A DNA stretch of 64,000 nt. It comes from Eledone cirrhosa (taxonomy: Eukaryota). Both the position numbers and the translations under genes were made by a program. The stretch covers positions 21,328,001 to 21,392,000 of the forward strand of contig OZ024740.1 of assembly GCA_964016885.1 (NCBI GenBank), written 5' to 3'. The notes under the pieces are model-generated. The model had not been told where the DNA came from, ran no database searches, and saw only the letters and a list, made by a program, of their open reading frames with translations. Below, piece after piece: positions 1 to 12,019 of the stretch (the stretch's first letter is position 1; the number at the start of each line of letters is the position of its first letter).

Positions 1-1032
1 ACTTAGCACTACTGGACATTGCTGAGTTTTTGAGTATCAGGTATTTGGAGGCCATGGGTTTAGCATAGTGTGAGTGGAGAATTTGGGCTCTCTCGTCTAT
101 AGTGTTAATCCAGAGTTCTGTGTCTAATACAGGTAGTCTATTGTTAGGGTGTTTGGAAGGGAAGTCGATAGTTACAGTTATACTCTGGTGTATGGAATTA
201 GCTATCTGCTGGATGCTTTCCATCGTGTTACGTTCTAAATCAAACTTGTTAGTGCTCTCTAGTGGGGGTGTTCTTATAACTATATTGATATCGTCTACAT
301 AACGAGAGTACAGGTTGAGGTCTATGGAGCTCTCATTAAGGAGATCTTTAAGTCTCCTTTCCCACCATACCATGAAAAGGTTGGCAACATCACCAGCTAT
401 GCTGACGCCGATGGCTGCTCTCTCATTTTGGGTGTAGATCTTCCCGTTGAACTTAAATATGTGGCCCTTTAGGGTAGTTTTGATACTAGCCCCTATTGCA
501 TGTGCGACCATTTTTCTTACCTGATCATTGTTTTGGGGGGTCGGTATAGCTTTGGTCCACCCAATCCACCTTCCCATGGGAGTCTTTTTTGCCATTGAGG
601 TTATGGTGGGGCTCTACCTCTTATAGGTCTACTAGGGCAGAAACATCTAAGGTCATGGCTGTCTAGGTAGTCAGTGTCGTAGGTAAGTCTAAGTAGGAGG
701 CCCAGTTCGTCTGTGTCGACGTCGCAGAACTCCACCTCACTCTCAATGATCATCTCCACACATCTTTTCACAGCAAAATCAATGTTAATGGATGGGTACA
801 GTGACACCACATCCATGCTGCCTATTATGCAGTTGGATAGGCTCCTGTTTTTATTGCACTCACTGATTCTGCTGAGGAGGTCCTCTGTACTGTCACATAC
901 ATCTGGGGACATCTTGATTATGGGGCGTATAACCATTGAGAGGAAGTAGGAGACCCTATAGTTGCTAGCTATATTAGCTCCGCATACGGGTCTTGTTGGT
1001 GGTCCTGTTGTCGAGTCGTCGACTGTCTTGTG
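1..1032 (-). pseudogene. PLE reverse transcriptase fragment (frameshifted near 600-615)
   Basis: Reads GPPTRPVCGANIASNY...GSMDVVSLYPSI, then GAAIGVSIAGDVANLFM-type and SRYVDD motifs. Matches ORF 61227..62678. Confidence 0.88.
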
Positions 1033-1892
1033 CTAAGTTTAATATTCTGATCGCAGATTTGGTACGAGTGATGAAGAATGTGTCCCGCACGTGCGACCCA
1101 ACAGAAATGGAAAGACACATCCAACACTTCATCAACCGCATGCAGTTCTCTGGCTACAACCAAAGAGACAGAGTCAGAGTATACGAAGGAGCCATGGAAA
1201 AGTATAAGACCCTCATAGAACTGGACATGAAAGGAATTTTCCCATTATACAGGAGCAAATCATGGAATAGCTTAGATAGGGCTAGACATAAGATAGGGAA
1301 AGCCACCTCATGGTACGACAACCAGAGATACCAGAGTGTCATGTTTGTGGACGCCACCCCTGGAGGGAAATTATCTAACCAGTGTAGAAAGGCCCTGAGA
1401 AAGACCCACTTAAAAATAAAGGTGGTAGAAAAGCCAGGAACCACCATAAAACCCCGGATCAGCAAAACCTACCCTTTTAATAAAACCCACTGTACCAATA
1501 GGAAATGTATCATATGTAAGGTGAACCCCCGGATAAACTGTAAAACTAGAAACGTAGTCTATAGCATAAGATGTACAGAGGGTACTTGCAGAAACATGAC
1601 AACAACATACATAGGTGAGACAGCTCGTAGCATAGGTGAAAGGATAGACCAACACTGGGGGAAACTAAAAGGACGAAAAAACGGGTCAGTACTATACGAA
1701 CATGCTAGACAACAACATGACGGTAACATAGACAACATAGAAATTAGAATAATATCTAAACATAGAAATGACCCAGCAGATAGGCAAATCAGAGAGGCCA
1801 GTGAAATAGAAATTAGAAGACCAAGGCTAAACAGAAAGAATGAATGGAATAACAACACCCAAACAAACAACACTGACCTAAGAGAAGTATAA
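1030..1892 (+). CDS. PLE RT thumb plus GIY-YIG endonuclease, 5'-truncated
   Basis: ORF 993..1892 contains CxxxxCxxC, NVVYSIRC...YIGETARSIGERIDQH and RQIREASEI..LN; the first ~12 codons come from the other arm. Confidence 0.88.
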
Positions 1893-2133
1893 ATAAGTAA
1901 ATAGGGTAAAATAGGTGAATAAATAAATACATACACAAGCACAATAACAACAGGCACATAAACACACACTAGTCACCCATCACACAGCAAGCAAAACACT
2001 ATACACACACACAAACGCATGCGCAAAGAAGACAAAATAAAATAAACAAATAAGCAAATAAATAAATAAATATATAGACAGACTGAATAAAAATGGCGTA
2101 GACATACAATACAACAGGAGGAAAATATAACAC

Positions 2134-2171
2134 CACTGACGATGTTGCAGATGTGCAACGAAAGATTTATG
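2134..2171 (+). ncRNA. minimal type I hammerhead ribozyme motif in the PLE 3' end
   Basis: CA-CTGACGA-T-GTTGCA-GATG-TGCAAC-GAAA-GATT-TA-TG; the same motif is on the minus strand at 60917-60954. Confidence 0.7.
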
Positions 2172-2365
2172 ATAAACTATATATATGTGTTAGTGTCTAT
2201 ATTGTATCTGTATTATTTTTGACCGTCGGTCAGTCAATGGCAACATTGAGGACCGAGTAAGTTAGATTACCGATATAAAAGACACAGAAGCGGGAAGCGA
2301 AAACCAACCAAACAGTGAGTGTGTTCTGTTATTAATTCTGGCAATATTACACAAATATTACACAG

Positions 2366-2551
2366 GGCGGTGGATTGGCAGTATCGGTAGAGGGTCGGCC
2401 GCTATGCTTTCCAGCATAGTTACGTCCCTTTACGATCTGAGTTCAAATCCCGCCGAGGTTGACTTTGCCTTTCATCCTTACGGGGTCGATAAAATAAAGT
2501 ACCAGTAATGCACTGGGTAATTGCTGGCCTTGTGCCTAAAGTAGAAACAAT
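2366..2551 (+). mobile_element. tRNA-derived SINE with a Nin/Deu-like central domain, nested in the PLE 3' end
   Basis: A box TGGCAGTATCGG, B box GAGTTCAAATCC, core CTTTCATCCTTACGGGGTCGATAAAATAAAGTACCAG, TSD CAATATTACACAAATAT. Absent from the sister PLE copy at ~60720. Confidence 0.9.
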
Positions 2552-2643
2552 ATTACACAAATATGACCCTCCCCAGGTATAACAATATTTGTTTCGACAC
2601 ACGATTTCATATAAAAAAACCTCGCAAAACTAATTCATCGCCG

Positions 2644-2689
<46 letters not shown>

Positions 2690-2791
2690 GCACGTATGTA
2701 AGGTGTGTATATGTGTTCATTGTGTTTTGGTTGACGTACGTACGTTTGGTGAACATATGTGTATTTACCTGTAGGTATGTGTGTGCGTGCG

Positions 2792-2858
<67 letters not shown>

Positions 2859-3102
2859 TATGACCCCCGACGGCAGAGCTCAAGCCGTTTCGACGGCTAT
2901 TTCTGGACTAAATAAAAAATGTTAGCCTGGTAAATAAATAGCCGAACTTCTCAAGGATATTTCCTTATTTGGGAAGCTAGTAATTGTCGAGAGGACTGGT
3001 CAAAAGTTTGTTGTAAAGACAGATGAATGTATCATGGCATTTGGTGGGAGGTAGGGGTGGTTGAACTTGCCGGTAGAACGAAGAGGGAGTGGGAGAAACC
3101 CA

Positions 3103-3425
3103 TTTCTCACTCTTAGTACGGCTGATATGCAAATTAGGCTGCTCAGCCGTTAATATGCATAAGGAAAGTATATACTTTCAGACGTTCAATCATCTGGCAG
3201 AAAGGTATACAATGCTGACGATAGCTAATAAGCTTGAAACTAGTACATCGTTCCTGTATCAGTGTTGAACAAAAGGGCGACGATGGTTTATTGAACACTG
3301 TACGGCGTAATTCGGGCCGAGCATTATAATAAATGTTCGGTAAACCGATACGTGCATATATATATGTGTGCATGTATGTATATATATACATACTACTGTA
3401 CGTCTGTATACATATATGTATGTAC

Positions 3426-3430
<5 letters not shown>
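3103..3430 (+). mobile_element. solo PLE-type terminal repeat with hammerhead (same family as 49528-50335)
   Basis: Matches 49915-50275; contains the hammerhead at 3212-3248. Confidence 0.75.
3212..3248 (+). ncRNA. minimal hammerhead ribozyme motif
   Basis: ATG-CTGACGA-TAGCT-AATA-AGCTT-GAAA-CTAG-TA-CAT; stem I ATG/CAT, palindromic loop III CTAG. Confidence 0.78.
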
Positions 3431-3497
<67 letters not shown>

Positions 3498-3506
3498 TTA
3501 TACATG

Positions 3507-3662
3507 TATATGAAGGTGCCGTTAATGGTGAAAGCAGCGATTCTTTGCTTAAACTTTAATCTGTTATTTTAATAAATATTTGCTCTACGGTTCTTATATA
3601 TTTGATATATATTTATCCTTATCGAGCCCTCTTTGGATTTTAGTCTTCAAATTTATTATTAT

Positions 3663-3667
<5 letters not shown>
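3507..3667 (+). mobile_element. solo 3' end of the PLE family at 24417-27840
   Basis: GGTGAAAGCAGCGATTCTTTGCTTAAACTTTAATCTG... is the reverse complement of 24417-24565; another piece lies at 33250-33365. Confidence 0.8.
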
Positions 3668-3724
<57 letters not shown>

Positions 3725-3727
<3 letters not shown>

Positions 3728-4203
3728 GTAGGAGGTGAGTTTTATTGTAGCACAATAAAGCAATGCAAATATCGGATAAGTAGCACTCAACAGTTTATTG
3801 GACTGGAGTATATGTAAGAAGAAATTAAAAGATGGTTAAAAAGTTCCATGTATTTTATTATGCGCATTTCAAAAACAAATATCATCCAGGGAGGATATTT
3901 GCGTTCTCATCAGATAAAATAGGGAGACATGATATGAAGCTTAAAAAAGACACTTGTGAGCAAGGTAGTGTCTAATCAACATAGATGTAGTGTCTAAACA
4001 ATAGGTAATAATATAGGTAGTGTCTAAACAACATATATTGTTTAGACACTACCTTGCTCATAAGTGTCTTTTTTAAGCTTCATATCATGTCTCCCTATTT
4101 TATCTGATGAGAACGCAAATATCCTCCCTGGATGATATTTGTTTTTGAAATTCGCATAATAAAATACATGGAACTTTTCTAACCATCCTTTAATTTCTTC
4201 TTA
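3725..4203. mobile_element. non-coding fold-back element with a hammerhead in each arm
   Basis: Arms ~3815-3975 and ~4040-4203 are reverse complements; (TA)n on both sides; extra tail only on the left. Confidence 0.85.
4096..4166 (+). ncRNA. hammerhead ribozyme motif (mirror copy 3851-3921, minus strand)
   Basis: TATTTTAT-CTGATGA-GAACGCAAATATC...GATATTTGTTTTT-GAAA-T(G/T)CGCA-TA-ATAAAATA; 8-bp stem I, palindromic TGCGCA in the left copy. Confidence 0.85.
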
Positions 4204-4244
4204 TATATATATATTATATGTGTGTGTGTATATATATATGTATG

Positions 4245-4320
<76 letters not shown>

Positions 4321-4397
4321 GAAATACGTCCCTTATAGTAGGTAAAGTCAATTTTTTAAAATTTATTTTGAAACTTTTTCATTATTTACTAAACCTT

Positions 4398-4443
<46 letters not shown>

Positions 4444-4446
4444 TAT

Positions 4447-5371
4447 AAAGAATTAGTATATCTAGTAACATATATATACACAGATGCATACTTATGCTAC
4501 CAAATATGTAGGTTTTGTCTTAGTAACTTTGTGGTTCAATGCATGGGCATGCAGAACAATAATATGAGAGACGTAAAATAAGAAAATTATAAAATTAACT
4601 TACTTACTAAAATTTCACTCCAACTAATTAGTTTCTGAAAGGGAATAAACATAGTTTCCGAAGAAACGTACGGAGAAGCCTTTCGTCATCTGGGAAGTCT
4701 ATTCTCAGCTAGGTTTCCAGGCAAGACGTGGACACAGGGAACTTATACAAAAATAATTCAGTGGATGGAAAAAAGCAAAGCGTGGACTAAATTCCAAGCA
4801 ATTGAAAAAATCACTGCCTACTGCGTCGGTGGCAAATTCAAAAGAATCAGTCACGTGACATCGAGGTCAATCAGTGAAGAGTGGTTTGTTAAGAAGACAG
4901 CAGCCGGACCGTTACTATAGTAGCAGTTTTGGCCAATTTTTGCTCGACAAAATAATTTGGAGATAATTAAATGAATTAGTATATCTAGTAACATATATAT
5001 ACACAGATGCATACTTATGCTAGCAAATATATAGGTTTTGTCTTAGTAACTTTGTGGTTCAATGCATGGGGATGCAGAACAATAATATGAGAGACGTAAA
5101 ATAAGAAAATTATAAAATTAACTTACTTACTAAAATTTCAATGGCTTGGAATTTAGTCCACGCTTTGCTTTTTTCCATCCACTGAATTATTTTTGTATAA
5201 GTTCCATGTGTCCACGTATTGCCTAGAAACTTAGCTGAGAATAGACTTCCCTGATGACGAAAGGCTTCTCCGTACGTTTCTTCGGAAACTATGTTTATTC
5301 CCTTTCAGAAACTAATTAGTTGGAGTGAAATTTTAGTAAGTAAGTTAATTTTATAATTTTCTTATTTTACG

Positions 5372-5380
<9 letters not shown>
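4447..5380. mobile_element. element with both a direct and an inverted terminal duplication (PLE pLTR-like)
   Basis: 4450-4616 is directly repeated at 4973-5140; 4563-4800 is inverted at 5143-5380; flanked by (TA)n. Confidence 0.7.
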
Positions 5381-5458
<78 letters not shown>

Positions 5459-5576
5459 TATATACATACATACATACATACATACATACATACATACATA
5501 CATACATACATACATACATACTTCTAAATACTAATAATTAAACATACGGTATATTGCCAAATATACTATATATACA

Positions 5577-5612
<36 letters not shown>

Positions 5613-6071
5613 GTAATAAACACAGTAAATTGTGTGTTTAAAATTACGAGGGTTAAGATACCACGTTGCTTTGACAGATTTAACCTGAAGCAAACGGAAA
5701 ATACACGATAAAGAGTAAAATGTACAGACCGTTTCAATAACTATTTCATCTCCCGGACTGATTAAAGATTTAATCTGTTTTGCCCTGAGAATTGTGTTTT
5801 TAACATCATCAGCGAGAGATAAGATCAAATGTGACAAACACCTAAAACTAAAATCTATATATGAAAGGCAGGTGAGTGCGTGGCTTTCATAAACGCCAAG
5901 CAGCGAGAAACAGCTGTCAACCATTCTCCCAGCCTTTGCCGAAAATATAAGTAAGTGACATCTTCACTACTTTAAAACTGATAGCGAATGATCTTCTAAA
6001 TGTTTTTAATTAAACATACAGTAGATTGCCAAATATACTATACATACATTCATATATATATATATGTGTGT

Positions 6072-6115
<44 letters not shown>

Positions 6116-6260
6116 TTACTATTCTCATTTCTACTTTTTTTCTTTTTCATTTTTTTCTTTGTTTTTTCTCTTCTGGTTTCTCTTTCCTCTTTTCCCTTCT
6201 TTCTCTTCTTCCTTGTCTTCATCTGTCATCTCTTTTCTCTTCCTTTCCCTCCTTTTCCAG

Positions 6261-6360
6261 ACTGTTTCCAGTGCTATTGGTGCTGTTCTCACGGTGGAAC
6301 TGAAGGAAACAATAGGTTGGGATGGAATGTTCTTTCTAACTGGAGGTCTATCAATTATAG
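6261..6360 (+). CDS. internal exon of an MFS transporter (OxlT/SLC16-like), TM11 to TM12 region
   Basis: Long polypyrimidine tract plus CAG acceptor; TVSSAIGAVLTVELKETIGWDGMFFLTGGLSII; GTAAG donor, phase 1. The GWxGMF motif before the last helix is typical of MFS C-termini. Confidence 0.8.
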
Positions 6361-6539
6361 GTAAGGACATTCTTACATAACTCATAACTTCGACTGACAA
6401 CTCAAAATACTCCAATTTATAACATTTTACTGCTATTTCTAGCGAGATGAAAGACAACACAGTGGCTTTCTCGTGTTTCGACTCCAGACGGAGGCATGGT
6501 TCCACCATATGCTGTAGGTTTGCATAGTTTATATATAAT

Positions 6540-8959
6540 TGTTTCTTCTTTTGGCACAAGGCCAGCAATAATCCCAGTGCATTACTGGTACTTTATTTTA
6601 TCGAAACCGTAAGGATGAAAGGCAAAGTTAACCTCGACGGGATTTGAACTCAGACCATAAAGAGGCGTAACTCTATGGTGGTAAGCATGGCGTCCGACCC
6701 TCTACCGATACTGCCAATGCACCAACCTAGCATGGTGTCAGACCCTCTACCGATACTGCCAATCCACCACCCTAGCATGGTGTCAGACCCTCTACCGATA
6801 CTGCCAATCCACCACCCTAACATGGTGTCAGACCCTCTACCAATACTACCAATCCACCACCCTACCATGGTGTCAGACCCTCTACCGATACTGCCAATCC
6901 ACCACCCTAGCATGGTGTCAGACCCTCTACCTATACTGCCAATCTACCACCCTAGCATGGTGTCAGACCCTCTACCTATACTACCAATCCACCACCATAC
7001 CATGGTGTCAGACCCTCTACCAATACTGCCAATCCACCACCCTAGCATGGTGTCAGACCCTCTACCTATACTACCAATCCACCACCCTATCATGGTGTCA
7101 GACCCTCTACCAATACTGCCAATCCACCACCCTAGCATGGTGTCAGACCCTCTACCTATACTGCCAATCCACCACCCTAGCATGGTATCAAACCCTCTAC
7201 CTATACTGCCAATCCACCACCCTAACATGGTGTCAGACCCTCTACCAATACTACCAATCCACCACCCTACCATGGTGTCAGACCCTCTACCGATACTGCC
7301 AATCCACCACCCTAGCATGGTGTCAGACCCTCTACCGATACTGCCAATCCACCACCCTAGCATGGTGTCAGACCCTCTACCTATACTGCCAATCCACCAC
7401 CCTAGCATGGTGTCAGACCCTCTACCTATACTGCCAATCCACCACCCTAACATGGTGTCAGACCCTCTACCTATACTGCCAATCCACCACCCTAGCATAG
7501 CGTCAGACCCTCTACCGATACTGCCAATCCACCACCCTAGCATGGCGTCAGACCCTCTACCGATACTGCCAATCCACCACCTAGCAAGGTGTCAGACCCT
7601 CTACCTATACTGCCAATCCACCACCTAGCATGGTGTCAGACCCTCTACCGATACTGCCAATCCACCACCTAGCAAGGTGTCAGACCCTCTACCGATACTG
7701 CCAATCCACCACCTAGCATGGTGTCAGACCCTCTACCGATACTGCCAATCCACCACCTAGCAAGGTGTCAGACCCTCTACCTATACTGCCAATCCACCAC
7801 CCTAGCATAGCGTCAGACCCTCTACCGATACTGCCAATCCACCACCCTAGCATGGTGTCAGACCCTCTTCCTGTACTGCCAATCCACCACCCTAGCATAG
7901 CGTCAGACCCTCTACCGATACTGCCAATCCACCACCCTAGCATGGTGTCAGACCCTCTACCTATACTGCCAATCCACCACCTAGCATGGTGTCAGACCCT
8001 CTACCGATACTGCCAATCCACCACCTAGCAAGGTGTCAGACCCTCTACCTATACTGCCAATCCACCACCTAGCATGGTGTCAGACCCTCTACCGATACTG
8101 CCAATCCACCACCTAGCAAGGTGTCAGACCCTCTACCGATACTGCCAATCCACCACCTAGCATGGTGTCAGACCCTCTACCGATACTGCCAATCCACCAC
8201 CTAGCAAGGTGTCAGACCCTCTACCGATACTGCCAATCCACCACCTAGCAAGGTGTCAGACCCTCTACCTATACTGCCAATCCACCACCCTAGCATAGCG
8301 TCAGACCCTCTACCGATACTGCCAATCCACCACCCTAGCATGGTGTCAGACCCTCTTCCTGTACTGCCAATCCACCACCCTAGCATAGCGTCAGACCCTC
8401 TACCGATACTGCCAATCCACCACCATACCATGGTGTCAGACCCTCTACCGATACTACCAATCCACCACCCTAGCATGGTGTCAGACCCACTACCTATACT
8501 ACCAATCCACCGCCCTAGCATGGTGTCAGACGCTCTCCCTATATTACCAATCCACCACCCTACCATGGTGTCAGACCCCACCTATACTACCAGTTCACCA
8601 CCCTAACATGGTGTCCGACCCTCTACCTATACTACCAATCCACCACCGTAGCATGGTGTCAGACCCTCTTCCTGTACTACCAATCCACCACCCTAGCATG
8701 GTGTCAGACCCTCTACCGATACTGCCAATCCACCACCCTAGCATGGTGTCAGACCCTCTTCCTGTACTGCCAATCCACCACCCTAGCATGGTGTCAGACC
8801 CTCTTCCTGTACTGCCAATCCACCACCCTAGCATGGTGTCAGACCCTCTTCCTGTACTACCAATCCACCACCCTAGCATGGTGTCAGACCCTCTACCGAT
8901 ACTGCCAATCCACCACCCTAGCATGGTGTCAGACCCTCTTCCTGTACTGCCAATCCACC
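6540..8959 (-). mobile_element. Nin/Deu-type SINE whose 5' head is tandemly amplified
   Basis: SINE body at 6540-6720 (reverse); the whole unit is bounded by the 14-bp TSD AGTTTATATATAAT at 6526-6539 and 8960-8973. Confidence 0.88.
6683..8959. repeat. 45-bp (partly 44-bp) minisatellite, ~50 units
   Basis: Unit CTAGCATGGTGTCAGACCCTCTACCGATACTGCCAATCCACCACC; explains the MVSDPLPILPIHHPS repeat ORFs. Confidence 0.97.
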
Positions 8960-9395
8960 AGTTTATATATAATAGGTGTCTTCTAACGTAGACAAACCTA
9001 GTTTTTGAAACTTTTTGTTCTAACACAAACATAACTATTAAATATTTAATTTTACGCTACATGTTTCACACTCCCCCACACCGAATTGTCTGATATGTGA
9101 ACACCATACGACCCTCTCCATCACTTCGGATATCTTCACAACGTTACTACGTGACAAAGATGTTCAGTTATTTTTTTATTTGAATATGGCAAAGTCGGCC
9201 ATTTATCGCTCGTATACAGGAAACTGACTGGCCAGTCTGTTGATATGCAAATCTGGCTGATCAGTGGATCTGCTAATATGCAGATCTGTCTGATCAGCCA
9301 GTCTGTTAATATGCAAATCGCGCCGATCTGTCACTGTATATTTTAGAAAATATCATATATTTTCACTAGCTCTGACAGTTGGCAGGTGAACAGTG

Positions 9396-9443
9396 AGCTG
9401 TACTGAGGAAGGGTGATACCCGGAAACATTAGTGTCTGCAGTT
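9396..9443 (+). ncRNA. hammerhead ribozyme motif
   Basis: AGCTGTA-CTGAGGA-A-GGGT-GAT-ACCC-G-GAAA-CATTAGTG-TC-TGCAGTT; GUC cleavage triplet and near-palindromic loop III. Confidence 0.8.
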
Positions 9444-10299
9444 ATGTTTACATGCCAAACCAAAAACAAGAATGAGGGGCTCATTCTACTGACATGGCTT
9501 TAAAAACGAGGTTTGTTTGCATAATTGCAAACGAATCGAATATTATTATTAATATTCGAAAAACTCAGATTACATTTATTGTATTCAGCCATGTAGAGCG
9601 AACATTTTAAAAAAATATTATTTATTTATTGATAGCAGGAAATTAGTATACATTTAATTATACAATTTTGTCTAAAATTGTGATTCCATAATATATGTCT
9701 CAGAATTCTGCTTGCTACGGGTAGCATGTAACCCAGTAAAACCTGCTTCGTGGTCGAACGATCGATAGCTTAACTGGCTCCCCCACCAGATCCTTGTGTA
9801 GTGAGGAGGGTAAATGGAACCCCAGCAACACAAAAGAAAAGATCTGATAAAAGGACAGCTGATAAAACTCCTCAGAATGGCTTTCCACCCCAACTATGGG
9901 TTAAATAGCCTCACCAACCCGCTATTGGCCAAGCGGAGTGAGTACGGCTACATCCTTGATATGATCTAAACACTAAACGGTGGAGGTCAACCGGGGAAAG
10001 GCTCGTGCAACAGGAGTGAGAAGGCCCTGAATTGGATTGAAATACACGTCTCTGCCTAGATGACCTTAATGGTAGCACCAACTACGAGCACTTGATTTAG
10101 GTGCTGTAAGCGATGGCTATTCCTATCTTGTCCAGCTTCTCTACAATTCTATGTATCAAACTCCAGTCATTTCTACAGCAAACTCAGCCATTCTGCTTTA
10201 TCAACCTAATTCTCTTTCACACGTTAGGAAATACTTTAACCCCCCCACACACACACACACACACATAGATATATGTATGTATGTGTATATATATATATG

Positions 10300-10334
<35 letters not shown>

Positions 10335-10336
<2 letters not shown>

Positions 10337-10481
10337 TGTGAACGTGGTTGGTGTTAGGAAGGGCATCCAGCCGTAGAAAACCCGCCAGACAGTCCTATAC
10401 GAGCAAGACAACCAATCTTGCCACAAGTGGGAAAATTCCCGTCCAAACCCATGCAAGCGTGGAAGATGGACGTTAAACGAC

Positions 10482-10518
<37 letters not shown>

Positions 10519-10520
10519 TT
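10335..10520 (+). mobile_element. SINE 3' half, Meta-domain-like, with (GAT)n tail
   Basis: GTTAGGAAGGGCATCCAGCCGTAGAAA...GGACGTTAAACGA(TGA)n; the same tail recurs at 34478-34540. Confidence 0.7.
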
Positions 10521-10600
10521 ATATATATATATATATATATAAAGATGAAATCGAAAATGCTACTGGAGTCTTATTTAAAAAAATATATATTTATTTGGTT

Positions 10601-10637
10601 CTTTTACCGGTTTCGCAGTTCTTCTGCTTTTCAAAAG
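10601..10637 (-). ncRNA. hammerhead motif, U3-A8 core variant
   Basis: CTT-TTGAAAA-GCAG-AAGAA-CTGC-GAAA-CCGG-TA-AAAG. Confidence 0.62.
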
Positions 10638-10666
10638 TAGAGTTGAGATGGAAGGTCTTCGGTTTT

Positions 10667-10707
<41 letters not shown>

Positions 10708-10714
10708 AACCCAC

Positions 10715-10789
<75 letters not shown>

Positions 10790-10793
10790 TAAG

Positions 10794-10861
<68 letters not shown>

Positions 10862-10877
10862 TACATACATATATAAG

Positions 10878-10917
<40 letters not shown>

Positions 10918-10919
10918 AG

Positions 10920-11633
10920 CGATTAGTTATTTAATTTGTTGATTATTCAATAAATTTAGTTTATAGAAGATTAGAAGCACTCAACAGGATTTCTTCTGGA
11001 GTATCAATAATATTAATAAATGGACAATTCAAATAGAACTCACAACATTAAGTTCTTGTCTGAATCACTATCTGTAAACCAACTTTTGTATTTTAAGCAA
11101 AAGAATGAGTGAATGAAAGAGTTACGAACCATTAAAACATATCTTTATATAGTTCTTACACGTGTTTCGCCCAGGGGTGCTCCTCGGAGGCAGTACTCAT
11201 ATAGCAAGTCCTTAATTACAAACTCCGAGAGGGTATAATAATATCACATCGCTATGCATTGTGATTTTAGATGTTATGGGTATAAATACGGCGAAAGGGT
11301 TATAATTCGCTAAGGGAGGTAATTACCGGTGCCCGTAGAAAGTTTACTGCATTACTTATGACCAATACCAGAAGTAATGCAGTAAACTTTCTACTGGCAC
11401 CAGTAATTACCTCCCTTAGCGAATTATACCCTTTCGCCGTATTTATACCGATAACATCTAAAATCACAATGCATAGCGATGTGATATTATTATACCCTCT
11501 CAGGGTTTGTAATTAAGGACTTGCTATATAAGTACTGCCTCCGACGAGTCCCCCTAGGCGAAACACGTGTAAGAACTATGTAAAGATATGTTTTAACGGC
11601 TTGTAAATCTTTCATTCACTCATTCTTTTGCTT
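10920..11633. mobile_element. non-coding fold-back element with degenerate hammerheads
   Basis: Arms 11095-11358 and 11372-11633; CCGA(C/G)GA...GGC-GAAA-CACGTG-TA in both arms. Confidence 0.85.
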
Positions 11634-11777
11634 ATTCCAGCTCTGCTTAATCTTTACACTAAATATTAACTTTCTCTAATATTTAACCCTGATAACCCAA
11701 GCATTGAGCACACTACGCATCTGCTTTTGGCATGTAATATTCTATCGCACATCTTTATACTTGCGATACAATTACCC

Positions 11778-11843
<66 letters not shown>

Positions 11844-12019
11844 AAAAAGAGATGAAATCGAAAATGCAACTGAAGTCTTATTTTTAAAAAAAATAAGACC
11901 AGTTGCATTTTCGATTTTATCTCTTTTTCTTTATACTTTCACTCGTGTAGGACACCTCGGTTATTTTTCATTTTGTAAAAAAAAACTCACTTTCTAATAT
12001 ATATATATATATATATTTA

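Larger units (their letters stand above)
1..2645. mobile_element. Penelope-like element (family A, YVDD RT), fold-back copy; left arm runs out of the window
   Basis: Minus-strand RT at 1-1032 is joined to a plus-strand copy of the RT C-terminus, GIY-YIG and 3' end at 1030-2645, ending ...TTCATCGCCGCT in (TA)n. Near-identical to 60639-62800. Confidence 0.92.

Noticed and set aside
2366-2460. tRNA gene
   Set aside because: A and B boxes are present, but they are SINE heads followed by a conserved core, tail and TSD; no full cloverleaf.
5522-6065. ~65-bp direct repeat (5522-5590 and 5993-6062) with a weak hammerhead-like motif between
   Set aside because: The repeat is real but too diverged and long for a TSD, and stem II of the motif is unconvincing; left uninterpreted.
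6675-8991. Repeat-protein ORFs (MVSDPLPILPIHHPS / MLGWWIGSIGRGSDT) or a CRISPR-like array
   Set aside because: Head-to-tail 45-bp SINE-derived units with no spacers; 44-bp variants break the frame.
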